DNA of 64,000 nt, from the NCBI GenBank assembly GCA_020137815.1, contig CM035359.1, positions 4,402,001 through 4,466,000 on the forward strand, written 5' to 3'. This stretch comes from Hormiphora californensis (taxonomy: Eukaryota > Animalia > Ctenophora). Position 1 is the first letter of the stretch; every line of letters begins with the position of its first letter. The notes under the pieces were generated by a model. It made no database searches, was not told the origin of the DNA, and saw nothing but the letters and a program-made list of their open reading frames with translations. Shown one piece after another: positions 36,763-48,631 of this stretch. A program made the translations under genes and the position numbers.

Positions 36763-38058
36763 ATGTTTCCCTGAGTGGTATGTGGAGTACACAGAGAAGC
36801 AGGAGCATACAATGTGAACTGATCTGTAGACGTGGAAGTAGAATTATCAGCTGTTTAAAGAAGGAGATAAGCAGGGAGTTAGAGAGCACTGAATTAGAGA
36901 GAGAATGAGAGAATAGGGGATATTATATGGAGCACGGATTTGCGGGGAGTTAGAGAGCACTGAATTAGAGAGAGAATGAGAGAATAGGGGATATTATATG
37001 GAGCACGGATTTGCGGGGAGATAGAGAGTACTGAATTAGAGAGAGAGTGAGAGAATATTATCTGGCGCTTTTATAAAGTAAAGTAATTTGTCAGATATCG
37101 TCCCATTTCTGGGCAGCATCCCATTGCTGGGCATCATCCCTTCGCAGGGCATCATCCCATTTCTGGGCACCATCCCTTTGCAGGGCATCATCCCATTGCT
37201 GGGCGGATCCTCGGCATATGCCTCGGGCGGGTAAGAAAAATGGTCGGTATATTGCCTAGCTGCTTTGGCCCAATGCACTGGTTGGGGAGCTGGTGCTATA
37301 CCAGGCCACGATGGTATCTCTAATCAGAGAGAGATAGGTAGTGAGCGGAAAGAAAGGGACACATCGCCCAGGGCTGCTGCTCTGTTTCCCTGAGTGGTAT
37401 GTGGAGTACACAGAGAAGCAGGAGCATACAATGTGAACTGATCTGTAGACGTGGAAGTAGAATTATCAGCTGTTTAAAGAAGGAGATAAGCAGGGAGTTA
37501 GAGAGCACTGAATTAGAGAGAGAATGAGAGAATAGGGGATATTATATGGAGCACGGATTTGCGGGGAGTTAGAGAGCACTGAATTAGAGAGAGAATGAGA
37601 GAATAGGGGATATTATATGGAGCACGGATTTGCGGGGAGATAGAGAGTACTGAATTAGAGAGAGAGTGAGAGAATATTATCTGGCGCTTTTATAAAGTAA
37701 AGTAATTTGTCAGATATCGTCCCATTTCTGGGCAGCATCCCATTGCTGGGCATCATCCCTTCGCAGGGCATCATCCCATTTCTGGGCACCATCCCTTTGC
37801 AGGGCATCATCCCATTGCTGGGCGGATCCTCGGCATATGCCTCGGGCGGGTAAGAAAAATGGTCGGTATATTGCCTAGCTGCTTTGGCCCAATGCACTGG
37901 TTGGGGAGCTGGTGCTATACCAGGCCACGATGGTATCTCTAATCAGAGAGAGATAGGTAGTGAGCGGAAAGAAAGGGACACATCGCCCAGGGCTGCTGCT
38001 CTGTTTCCCTGAGTGGTATGTGGAGTACACAGAGAAGCAGGAGCATACAATGTGAACT
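36763..38058. repeat. 619-bp tandem duplication (~2.1 essentially identical copies)
   Basis: TGTTTCCCTGAGTGGTATGTGGAG recurs at ~36763, 37382 and 38001; ORFs 37036..37278 and 37655..37897 are identical. Confidence 0.9.
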
Positions 38059-39624
38059 CTTAAAAAGGGTTAAAAAAGGTTAAAAAGGGTTAACAAGAGT
38101 TAATAAGGGTTAAAAAGGCGCGGCTTTCCCAAAAAACGCTGCGCGTTACAAAAATTTTCAGCTTTTTTCGATTTTATTGTCAAAATTCTAAAAATTTTAG
38201 TAAAATAGCCGCACGCGCGGTGGCAGCGCTCTTTGTTACTTCGCCTGTCGGCGTGCAACCAGGAAGTCCTATGACTTCCGGTTTCGGCCAAAAATTTTCT
38301 TTTTTTGTCCTCTTTCCAATACAAATTGACCGAAAATTTTATAATGAATTTCAATTTTCACTTAGGGAAGCCTATTGTTCACCCCCCAAAGTCGTGCGCG
38401 GAATTGTTTTGCGCGTTTATCACATGTTAACGTGTAGCGCGCGCAGCGTAAATTAAAATATCGCACACGCACGAGTTGAGGGGTGAACAGTTGAATAAAA
38501 ATGGACTTTAAAATCTGGGTGCCTTTTGGAATGCGCTGCAGCCCCCTCATGCGCGCACCCCCGCAACGAGGGGACTGGAGGGAATGCCGCGCACGCGTTT
38601 GGCCTGATCCCGGCTGGGTCGAAGATAACTTTGCGGTCGAAAAAACGGCGGTGCTTATAACTTTGGCTCCTGAAGTCCGTTTGACTTGATTCTTTCACCA
38701 GTTGTTAGATCTGACGATTATCTACCTTGCTGTTTTTGAGAGAAGTTAATTGGACTTAAGGAGGCTGAGCAATAGCCGTTGAAAGATGGGTTGTTTTCAA
38801 AAAGTGACGTCACAGATTCTTGCAGGGACACCTTTTTTAAAATTTCATTCAAATTTTGATTTTACCGCACTCGATTTTGCGGAGTTTGGTTCATATCTCC
38901 TGTTCCTGATAAGATAGAGACCTGAAACTGGTTGCATTTGAAAGCTGTTATCTTCTTCTTTCCAACGCTACCAAAACGATTTCTGTACCTTATCTGGAAC
39001 CGGAGATATGATTGATTATGTATTCCCCCCTAGCGCGGTATTCCCTCCAGGCCCCTTATATTATATTATAAGGGGCCTGCAACGTATGCCAAGGGTGCCT
39101 TCCATTGCTAACAATTCATCGATTTTGGCGGTCGAGACGGGTTAGGGCTGTTGTTAGGGTTGGGTTAGGGTTTTGTTTGGGGTTATCGGTTAGGGCTATC
39201 GATTCTCTATCAGATACCGTTTAGTTTACTCAAATCGGCCATGTGGTTCCGTGGCTATAGCCGTTTGAAAAAAGTCGGTCTAGGAAATAAAAGTGTACTC
39301 TTTTTCATTTTTGGTAGCGCGCACCTGTAAACACGCTGCAAGGCACCCAGATTTTAATCGCGCCCGGCCGGGCCCGGCTTTTTAAAACTGAAAAGTTTTG
39401 AAAAATTGATTTTTTTAATCCAATATAATGACTGAAAACTTTCATCTCCCTGTCATTCCGTTGGTATGTGGTACAGTGTGCTTGTGTCCATATCCCCCTT
39501 AGAGGTATGGCAAGTCATTCTGTGCGGCCTTTCCCATGCTGCGGTTTAGAATTTTGAAATGCAAATTTCCAGGGACATTTTTCATCTTTTTATCAGATCG
39601 AATTCACTGCAGGTAGCTTTTACA

Positions 39625-42098
39625 ATGGGCAAGAAACTATTTCTCCTTTCTTTGGTTGTCTTGGTTGTTGCAATATATTACTCTCGAAATACCATGTTGT
39701 CAGACGAAGAACTTGCCTCATCGCTGAAGGGAAAAGTTGTTGTAATCTGCGGGGCATCGTCAGGCATTGGTGAGGAGACTGCCTACCATTATGCCCGGGC
39801 TGGAGCTAAGTTGGTCCTCAGTGCACGGAGTGAGGACAAGCTGCTCAATGTGAAGAGTAAGTGTGAGGGGGCTGAGTCAGTTGATGTTATTGTCCAAGAC
39901 TTCTCCAAGGTTGAAGAAATAGAGGATTATGCGGGAAAGATTCTTAAACTCCATGGTAGTATGGTAGTTAAGGTCGTGCGCACTTTTTGGCGCCATTTGG
40001 CGCCAAATTGGCGCTATTTTGGCGCCACGTGGCGCCACGTGGCGATATTTTAGCGCCAAATGGCGCCAAAACTTGGCGACTGCGCACAACCGCCAATTTG
40101 GCGCCAAAATGGCGCCAAGTTGGCGATTTTTTGGCGCCAAATGGCGCCACGTGGCGCCAAGTGGCGCCACGTGGCGATTGTAAATCGCCAAGTGTTGGCG
40201 GTATTTGGCGGTACCGCCACGTGGCGATGCGAATTTGTCTGAATAAACTGTGTCCATCGCCAAGTGGCGCCAAATTGGCGCCAAATTGGCGATAGTACCT
40301 AAAATTCGAAATATTCATAACGTCCATCAGAGGAATTCCTATCGCCAAGTGGCGCCAAATGGCGCCAAGTGGCGCCAATTTGGCGCTAAATTGGCGATTA
40401 GATACAAATCGCCAACTTAGCGCCAAATTGGCGCTGCTTGGCGATTGCCGCCAACTTAGCGCCAATTTGGCGCCAAATGGCGCTGCTTGGCGCCAATTTG
40501 GCGATTGGAAACAAATCGCCAACTTAGCGCTGCTTGGCGATTGCCGCCAAATTGGCGCCAAAATGGCGATTGGCGCCAAATTAGCGCCAATTTGGCGCCA
40601 AATGGCGCTACTTGGCGCCAATTTAGCGCCAAATTGGCGATTGGATACAAATCGCCAACTTAGCGCCAATTTGGCGATTGGCGCCAATTTAGCGCCAATT
40701 TGGCGCCAAATGGCGCTACTTGGCGCCAATTTAGCGCCAAATTGGCGATTGGATACAAAACGCCAATTTAGCGCTAAGTTGGCGATTTGTATCAAATCGC
40801 CAATTTGGCGCTAAATTGGCGCCAAGTAGCGCCGTTTGGCGCCAAATTGGCGCTAAATTGGCGCCAATCGCCAAATTGGCGCCAATTTGGCGCTAAGTTG
40901 GCGATTTGTATCCAATCGCCAATTTGGCGCTAAATTGGCGCCAAGTAGCGCCATTTGGCGCCAAATTGGCGCTTATCGCCAAGCAGCGCCAATTTGGCGC
41001 CAAGATTGCGCCAAAGAGGTGGTTAATTTCCGCTTCTGAACGTTCGCACTCGCCAAGTGGCGCCAATTTGGCGCCAATTTGGCGCCAAGAGTGAAAAGTA
41101 CATGGCGCCAATTTGGCGCCAATTTGGCGCCACTTGGCGATGGACACAGTTTATTCAGACAAATTCGCATCGCCACGTGGCGGTACCGCCAAATACCGCC
41201 AACACTTGGCGATTTACAATCGCCAAGTGGCGCCACTTGGCGCCACTTGGCGCCATTTGGCGCCAAAAAATGGCCAACTTGGCGCCATTTTGGCGCCAAA
41301 TTGGCGGTTGTGCGCAGTCGCCAAATTTTGGCGCCATTTGGCGCTAAAATATCGCCACGTGGCGCCACGTGGCGCCAAAATAGCGCCAATTTGGCGCCAA
41401 ATGGCGCCAAAAAGTGCGCACGACCTTAACTACCATACTACCAACTCCATCCTACTGTTGATGTGTTGCTTTTGAATCACGCTGCTATGCCCGCTTCCCC
41501 CTGGCTCTCCGACCCCAAACAGCAATCCGCCAGTTTTAATGAACGAGTATTCAAGATCAACGTTCTTAGTTTCATTGAGCTCACACGGTTGTTCATGCCA
41601 GTTCTAGAGAGATCCTCAGGGCAGATCCATGTGACAAGCTCAATGTCAGGAATCCTTCCCTTCTTCAGGGCTGGTCTTTACTCGTTCCTACCTAAACATG
41701 CTCTTAACGGTTTCTACAAATCACTGCAACAAGAGTTGATGTTAAAGAAGTCTCCCGTCACAGTCACTATCTTCTCCTTCGGGATCATCCTAACGAGAGA
41801 GTTGGAGGTTATTATCGCCCACGAAATGAAGGATCAGGAGCTGCCAGGATGGATGATTGGGGATTTGGAAGGAACTGGCCGACTCATGGCTTCCTGTGCA
41901 GTTACCCGGCCTGATGATGTCGATTACCCCTGGGGTGCTAACAAGTTCACACGGTCCTTGCTGTCTCTTGGGTTGGCGGATAAAGTGATGACATCCACCG
42001 CTCTATGGGGGAAGACGTATGAGGATGTTGTTAAAGCATCAGAGGAAGCAGTGGAATTGAGTCATCAAATGAATTTCCAGACTGGAAATAGGGTTTAA
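39625..42098 (+). pseudogene. HSD11B1-like short-chain dehydrogenase/reductase interrupted by a transposon
   Basis: N-terminal hydrophobic anchor, VICGASSGIG, LVLSARSEDKL. Removing 39955-41450 restores the in-frame KILKLH|PTVDVLLLNHA...YSFLPKHALNGFYKSLQQEL. Confidence 0.8.
39955..41442. mobile_element. Foldback element (Merlin-like GG termini, 8-bp TSD) packed with TTGGCGCCAA palindromes
   Basis: TIRs GGTAGTATGGTAGTTAAGGTCGTGCGC / GCGCACGACCTTAACTACCATACTACC extend ~330 bp; TSD AACTCCAT at 39947-39954 and 41443-41450. Confidence 0.9.
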
Positions 42099-42348
42099 AT
42101 TTCACTTTGTGTTTGTTTCCATAGATTTTGCTATGAGGGTATCATTCAGAGTATTTTGATTTGTGACATTGTATATTAGAGTTATTGGCATTTGGCAAGA
42201 AAATTAAGAATTCCTCTGTCCTTTAGAATGTTTTCATGTTCCAATTTATATTATTTCCAATTACATCTCTCATCTTTGTTTATTAGCGTGATGGTTGCCC
42301 AATAATTAGTTTCTAATAACCCTCTTCTTCTGTGATAGGTTTCCAAAC

Positions 42349-44079
42349 ATGGCCTCCAACAGTTTGGAGCTGGCTAAACAGTTCTGGGGCTCCTCATCTC
42401 ACCTGACTCCCATGGCAACCATCCAGTTACCATGGCAACGAGATGTATCCTGTTTCCATAACAACGAGAACACACCTCTCACCATTGCCCTTCGGATCCG
42501 GGGTGAGGTTGTAATGGTTAACTCAATGTTGCTTGCCCTCCACAGTCCTGTGTTTGTTGGTTTGATAGCGGAGGGAGCTGAAGTTGTAGAGTTGGATGGA
42601 TCCCTGCAGAGAGAGGATGGGATGGTAGAAGGGGTGAAGTTAGCGGTGATGATTCTACATGGTCAACAGGTGACGCTAGATCAACCTCAACTAGAACTTT
42701 GTTATGCTTTTGCAGAGTTGTATCAACTAGAACTCCTTGTCAACCTGTGTCTGAAGGAATTCGGTGCTATGATCGAGGAAGAAGCTGATTTCTTTAATAC
42801 TTTTGATAGGCTGATAAAAACCGGTGCAAAATGGCCCGGAGCACTTTTTGAACAACTCTTTAAGGTGGTCAGTCTCAATGATACTCTTGTCAGTCTACTG
42901 AAGTTTAACCCGGATAAGCTGAAAGAGTGTTGTAGAGCTGCAGAAACTCGTCCTGTAATTCTGGGTAAACTCCTCTGGTTTCTAAAAGATAATTCCTGTC
43001 TAACAAGGAAACATTTCACTGGTATGAAGTTCTTAGCAAAGTTTCTTAACTCTAAAAACCCTTCCTGCCAACCAATCGTAGAATTCTGTATGGAAGTTGC
43101 TAGGGAAGCAGCAGTTGAGTCACCCTCGAAAGACCAATACGGTATAAGCAGCCAAAGCTACACGGTTAAAGACCTGGACATCGAAGATCGGGAGAGTTTG
43201 CCATCCAGCTCATCATCCACTAATGGTTCAAGTTTAGGAAAAGGTCGCGGAGGCAGACGCGGAGGCAGACGTCAACAAAATGCTTTTGTTCCTCCGAGAT
43301 CATCAAGTCGTTCGGAATTGGACTCTACTGTATGCGATTTAATGCCAATAGTCCCCAAATTTGAGTCTGTGTTGGACTTAAAAAGTTTCTGTTTTCGTTA
43401 GATTGGGTCGAAGTCGGTAATTTTGATTATTTTATCTCGCTTATCAATGTCGCCCATACACTTTCAAAGGGTGGGAAAGAGACGTATCTTTGCGTTGACG
43501 CTTTTCTCCACTGGGCTGATAAAAATAGTGTAACTTATGAAGGAATATCTTTTTACGACAAGTTTTCAAACTCACTTAAGACTGGGCTTTTGGATAAAAA
43601 TTATTTGACCGTTGTTAAAGATAGTTTTTCCAGTTTCGAATCAACGAATAGTCGTCTTGTCAACGTGAGCAAGTTTTCCGAATCAACTTTTTCGGTCGAA
43701 TTTGTGTCAACTGGAGTGGGAAATGAATTTTTGCCCTTTTAAACAACCTGTGGTGACTGCCAGAGAAATGATTGTGAAGAAAGAAACAAAAATCTAGAGC
43801 AGAAGCATTCGACTTTTAATCTGAATGTTAAGTTTCCGAGTCACCTTTCTTTAGTTTTACCAATATGTATGGGGATGCCTTTTTCTCGATGCAAGAAAAA
43901 CACTCATGTCGATAGTATAGTACACTACTATTTATTGACTGGGTGTCGTTGCTGCAAAAGATCCAACTTCTTTTCTCTGGTTTGGGCCACCGCAACTGAG
44001 AACAGTTTCATTTATAAACGCTTTTAAACTCGAGCATGAAAAAGGCAGAGTTCGCCTACATGTTGTGTACCGAAAGTAG
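42349..44079 (+). pseudogene. BTB/POZ-domain protein, copy 1 (first 350 codons intact; C-terminal domain broken)
   Basis: BTB-like VMVNSMLLALHSPVF..LCYAFAELYQL. The C-terminal part aligns to copy 2 only across a frameshift (~43385), a TAA (~43740) and another frameshift (~44000). Confidence 0.7.
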
Positions 44080-44409
44080 CGTTTGGACTTCATCCAGTCT
44101 TTTTAACGTGTTTGACAGTTTTTCGAATATGTTTTTATTTTGATTAAATATGTACATCTTTTTAGAAGAAGTGATATCGTTCGTATTTTTTAATTCTTAA
44201 GTTTTTTTAAATTTTGTATGTACGATTTGACATTGCAGTATGTTGTGAAAACGTTCTATTTTTGTTAAAAACATGGCAGTTATTTCCCAATCATTCTCTG
44301 TAATGTATATTATATACAAGTACATCTCTCAGCTTTGTTTATTATAGTGATGGTTGCCTAGTATAATAAATTTCTAATACCCCTCTTCTTCTGTGCTAGG
44401 TTCCCAAGC

Positions 44410-47158
44410 ATGGCCTCCAACAGTTTGGAGCTGGCTAAACAGTTCTGGGGCTCCTCACCTCACCTTGCTCCCATGGCAACCATACAGTTACCATGGCAAC
44501 GAGATGTATCCTGTTTCCATAACAACGAGAACACACCTCTCACCATTGCCCTTCGGATCCGGGGTGAGGTTGTAATGGTGAACTCAATGTTGCTTGCCCT
44601 CCACAGTCCTGTATTTGCTGGTTTGATATCGGAGGGAACTGAATTTGTAGAGTTGGATGGATCCCTGCAGAGAGAGGATGGGATGGTAGAAGGTGAAGTT
44701 AGCGGTGATGATTCTACATGGTCAACAGGTGACGCTAGATCAACCTCAACTAGAACTTTGTTATGCTTTTGCAGAGTTGTATCAACTAGAACTCCTTATA
44801 AACCTGTGTCTGAAGGAATTCAGTGCTATGATCGAGGAAGAAGCTGATTTCTTTAATACCTTTGATAGGCTGATAAAGACCGGTGCAAAATGGCCCGAAG
44901 CACTTTTTGAACAACTCTTTAAGGTGGTCAGTCACAATGATACTCTTGTCACTCAACTGAAGTTGAACCCGGATAAGTTGAAAGAGTGTTGTAGATCTGC
45001 AGAAACTCGTCCTGTTATTCTGGGTAAACTCCTCTGGTTTCTAAAAGATAATTCCTGTCTGACAAGGAAACATTTCACTGGTATGAAGTTCTTAGCAAAG
45101 TTTCTGAACTCTAAAAACCCTTGCAGCCAACCAATTGTAGAATTCTGCATGGAAGTTGCCCCAGTGCAAAGATCTTAAAAAATGCTGCGAATCTAAAAAT
45201 TTTATCGAAAATTTGCTCCCACCAAATTTTGAAGGTCACCTCAATAACATTAATTGTGTTTAACAACTATGTTTTTGAGGTCAGCATTAGAGAAAAAATG
45301 TTTAAATTATTTTGCATAAACGAGGAAAATGTTTTTAAAAAAAAGATTTATCAGGATTTGAACCCACACAGGTGCTCGCTTCTGGTTTCATGGTCAATCG
45401 CCTTAACCACTCGACCACTGAGGCTGATGCCAGGATCGAATTTAATCCGTTCTTATATGTGCGCGCGGCATGGCAGCATGGTTGTCATAGCTACACTTCA
45501 TCTGCTGCCTCTTCTGCTGCTGCTAGATTAGGCAGCATTAGCAAAATACGAATTTCGCGACTGAGATGAGGTAGAGATACCAAATTTCGTACCCCGACCT
45601 ATTTTTCGACGCTGAACACGATGCACGTATCTATTTCACTCCACGATGTCTAGTTTTTGCTGTACAGCGAATTTTTGCTACTTTTAGGTGTTTATTTACT
45701 AATTTTTTGCTGCTGACTAAATTCGCAAATTAGCACAATCTTTGCACTGGGGAAGTTGCTAGGGAAGCAGCAGTGGAGTCACCCTTGATAACCCAGAACG
45801 AGAATCAGAACGATCTGGAAAGTCGACCTTCATCAGCATCGTCCTCATCTAAAGCACGATCATTTGGCTCATTTCACACAGAGGGGAGTTTGTTACCCCG
45901 CTCTTTAGGCCGAGGTCGGGGTCATCACAAAAGTGCGTCTAATACTGATAACCGTATTACGTCTCCTTACAATCAATGTTTGAGACACTCGGATGAGTTT
46001 TACTATAAACCTTCAACTACTGACCAACTTGGACCCCAGACGAATATTGATTTCAACCAGGGACCCCAAACAGATTTTGGTTCAAATCAGGAACTTCAGA
46101 CACATATTGATATTATCCAGGAACCCCAAGCGGATATTGATTATGTGGACTGGGATGACCTAGGAATTAGTGATACGAATACCCCTTACATAGAGCCATA
46201 TGCTAATGGAGAAGCCACGATCTCAAGCCTAGCGAAACTACGGCTGAATGATTCAATATCTTCGAGTGGTTCGATGCCCCAGATCATTCCAGTTCCATCT
46301 ATCCCTTCGACTTCTATTGAGCCAATGCCCCATATTGATCCAGTTCTCTCTATCCCTTCGAGCTCCAGTGATTCAATGCTCCAGAATGAAACTATCCCAG
46401 TAGCCTCACCAACCTCCAGCGACTCGATGCCAAAAGTCCCCACACTTTTCTCTGTGTTAGAGTTAAGAGACTTTTTGGTTTCATTAGATTGGCTTGAGTT
46501 CAATAGCTTCGATAACTTCATCTTGCTTATCAATGTTGCCCACAATCTTGCCAGGGGAGGGAAAGAGACGTATCTTTGCGTTGACGCTTTGCTCCATTGG
46601 ACTAAAAAGAACAATGTTTCCTTTGATACTAAAGGGTTCTATGCACAGTTTTCTAACTCACTAAAATCAGGGCTGTTGGATAAAACTTATCTTTCTGATG
46701 TGAAACAATACTTTTCTACCTTCGATGGGAAAATTGATCGTGAAGTTAGAGTTAGCGAGTTTTCAGAATCCGTTTTCTCAGTTCAATTTGTTTTTGGTGG
46801 GTTGGGAAATGGCTATATACTATTCGCTACTTTTGCTGGTGATTGTCAAAAAACATATTGTGAAGAACGAAAGAAAAACGCAGATCATAGCCATTCATAT
46901 TTTGATTTAAACTTGAAAATGCCAACTAACCGTGCTTTACCAATATGTTTGGGGGTCCAATTTACTCGATGCAAGAAGAACACACATGTCGATAGTATAA
47001 AACATTACTATTTATCATCGAAGTGTGACTGTTGTAAGAATTCTATGTTCTTTTCTGCTGTTTGGTCTAAATCACATGAGATCGTTGATTTTATTAATTC
47101 GATCAAGAGGCGCCATGAAAATGGACAAGTTTTTCTTAACGTTGTGTACGAGAAATGA
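44410..47158 (+). pseudogene. BTB/POZ-domain protein, copy 2 (2-nt deletion at ~44692 and MITE insertion)
   Basis: Near-identical N-terminus to copy 1; ORFs 44410, 44693 and 45773 join into one protein after repair. Confidence 0.7.
45160..45751. mobile_element. 592-bp MITE with CCCAGTG termini and 8-bp TSD; contains a tRNA-like segment (45351-45424, minus)
   Basis: TIR CCCAGTGCAAAGAT/ATCTTTGCACTGGG; TSD GAAGTTGC; empty site seen in copy 1 (~43093). Confidence 0.85.
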
Positions 47159-47439
47159 TGATTTATTTCTCATTCAAGAACACATTTTTAATTAATTTAA
47201 AGTTCTATTTTTAGTACTTACATACTTACATTTTTAATTGCATGATTAGAATTATTAATCGGCTTTTTCTGTTCGTGTCTCACTTGTAAGTCACATTGTT
47301 TCGTTTTTAATGATTAATTTTTATTACAGATCATCTATTATTTTCCTACTCTAAACCGATCTTTACTAGAATCTGTGTATCCGAGATATCTTTAAAAACC
47401 CCTTCTAATCCACTCCCGATCCCCCTCTAGCCAGCGACA

Positions 47440-47940
47440 ATGACTGAGCGAAACGTATTCGAAGTGCCCCAACAGCAAGGAGTCCCACGAGCCACGAACG
47501 GCAACAACAAACCCAGCCCAGAACTGGTGGCGGAGATCTACGCTACTGCGGGGAAGAGTTTTTCAAAACTAGCTGAACTAACCGCCCGTCTTCACAAACT
47601 ACCTGACAGTGAGGTTGGGGGGAAGAATAGGTGGACACACGACGAACTGAAAACTCTCCGAGATGCATTGCAAAGGTTTGGTGATGACGTTGAGAAGATT
47701 AGTGAACAGCTGAAATCACGTACTGTGGCTCAGGTACGTGATATGATAAAAAGTGAGAATCTCGTTCCAAAGAGGACGAGTCTGTTTGACGAGGCTGAGA
47801 TTGATAGAGAGAGGAAGAAGAAGAGGGACATCCCTGATGTGGATCGGGTGAAGAATACGAGCTCTAATGATGCTGATATATCTCCCACTGCAATGTTGGA
47901 TCAGACCGCTATTGAGAATCATCAGTTGACCATCTATTGA
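47440..47940 (+). CDS. BAP18: Chromatin complexes subunit BAP18 (C17orf49) homolog, SANT-like domain
   Basis: EIYATAGKSFSKLAELTARLH...RWTHDELKTLRDALQRFGDDVEKISEQLKSRTVAQVR matches the BAP18 N-terminal pattern; intronless. Confidence 0.85.
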   Translation: MTERNVFEVPQQQGVPRATNGNNKPSPELVAEIYATAGKSFSKLAELTARLHKLPDSEVGGKNRWTHDELKTLRDALQRFGDDVEKISEQLKSRTVAQVRDMIKSENLVPKRTSLFDEAEIDRERKKKRDIPDVDRVKNTSSNDADISPTAMLDQTAIENHQLTIY

Positions 47941-48413
47941 ACTGGACGAGCATTGCGGAACAAGACGTATACTATTATCTTTGGGACTCCTTGATGCTCC
48001 TTTTAAATCACATCCAGATAATTATGTATGTGACTGAACTCAATATGTACCAAAGTATAAGGAGTATCAATCTATCAACAAACAGAGCTCATGTTTTCTG
48101 CTGAGTACATGATCACGGTGCATTAGCTCCTATTTTATATTTTTAATCCCGTTGTATTTTTATTTGTATTGAGAGAAACTACAAGGAGAAAATGTGTTAC
48201 GTATGAAGCAACATCAATAATTATTCCAATTTTCTCTAATTATACCAGATACAAAATGAGTTTTCTTCATTCGTTTTTAGGGAATCCAACACTCTAAACC
48301 TCACTAAACCTCACTTCCTTATCTCTACTACTACCTCACTAAACCTCACTTCTACCTCATTTCATTATCTCTGGTACGTGATACCTCACTAAACCTCTCT
48401 TCCCCTCTGTAGT

Positions 48414-48600
48414 ATGAGTATTAGTACCTACCCACCACAGCGTGCCCCAGTCCCCCCTAATGTGGGGCCTCGGGGTGAGATCACCTCGGCAACCATCCAG
48501 AAGATGCTTGATGAGAACCATCAACTAATAATGACCATTGTGGACTTCCAAAGCAAAGGTATTATATTTGGGACAGTTATGAGACCATATTAGGTTAACT

Positions 48601-48631
<31 letters not shown>

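Noticed and set aside
39877-41475. Many overlapping (LAPNWRQ)-type ORFs
   Set aside because: Translations of the palindromic foldback repeat.
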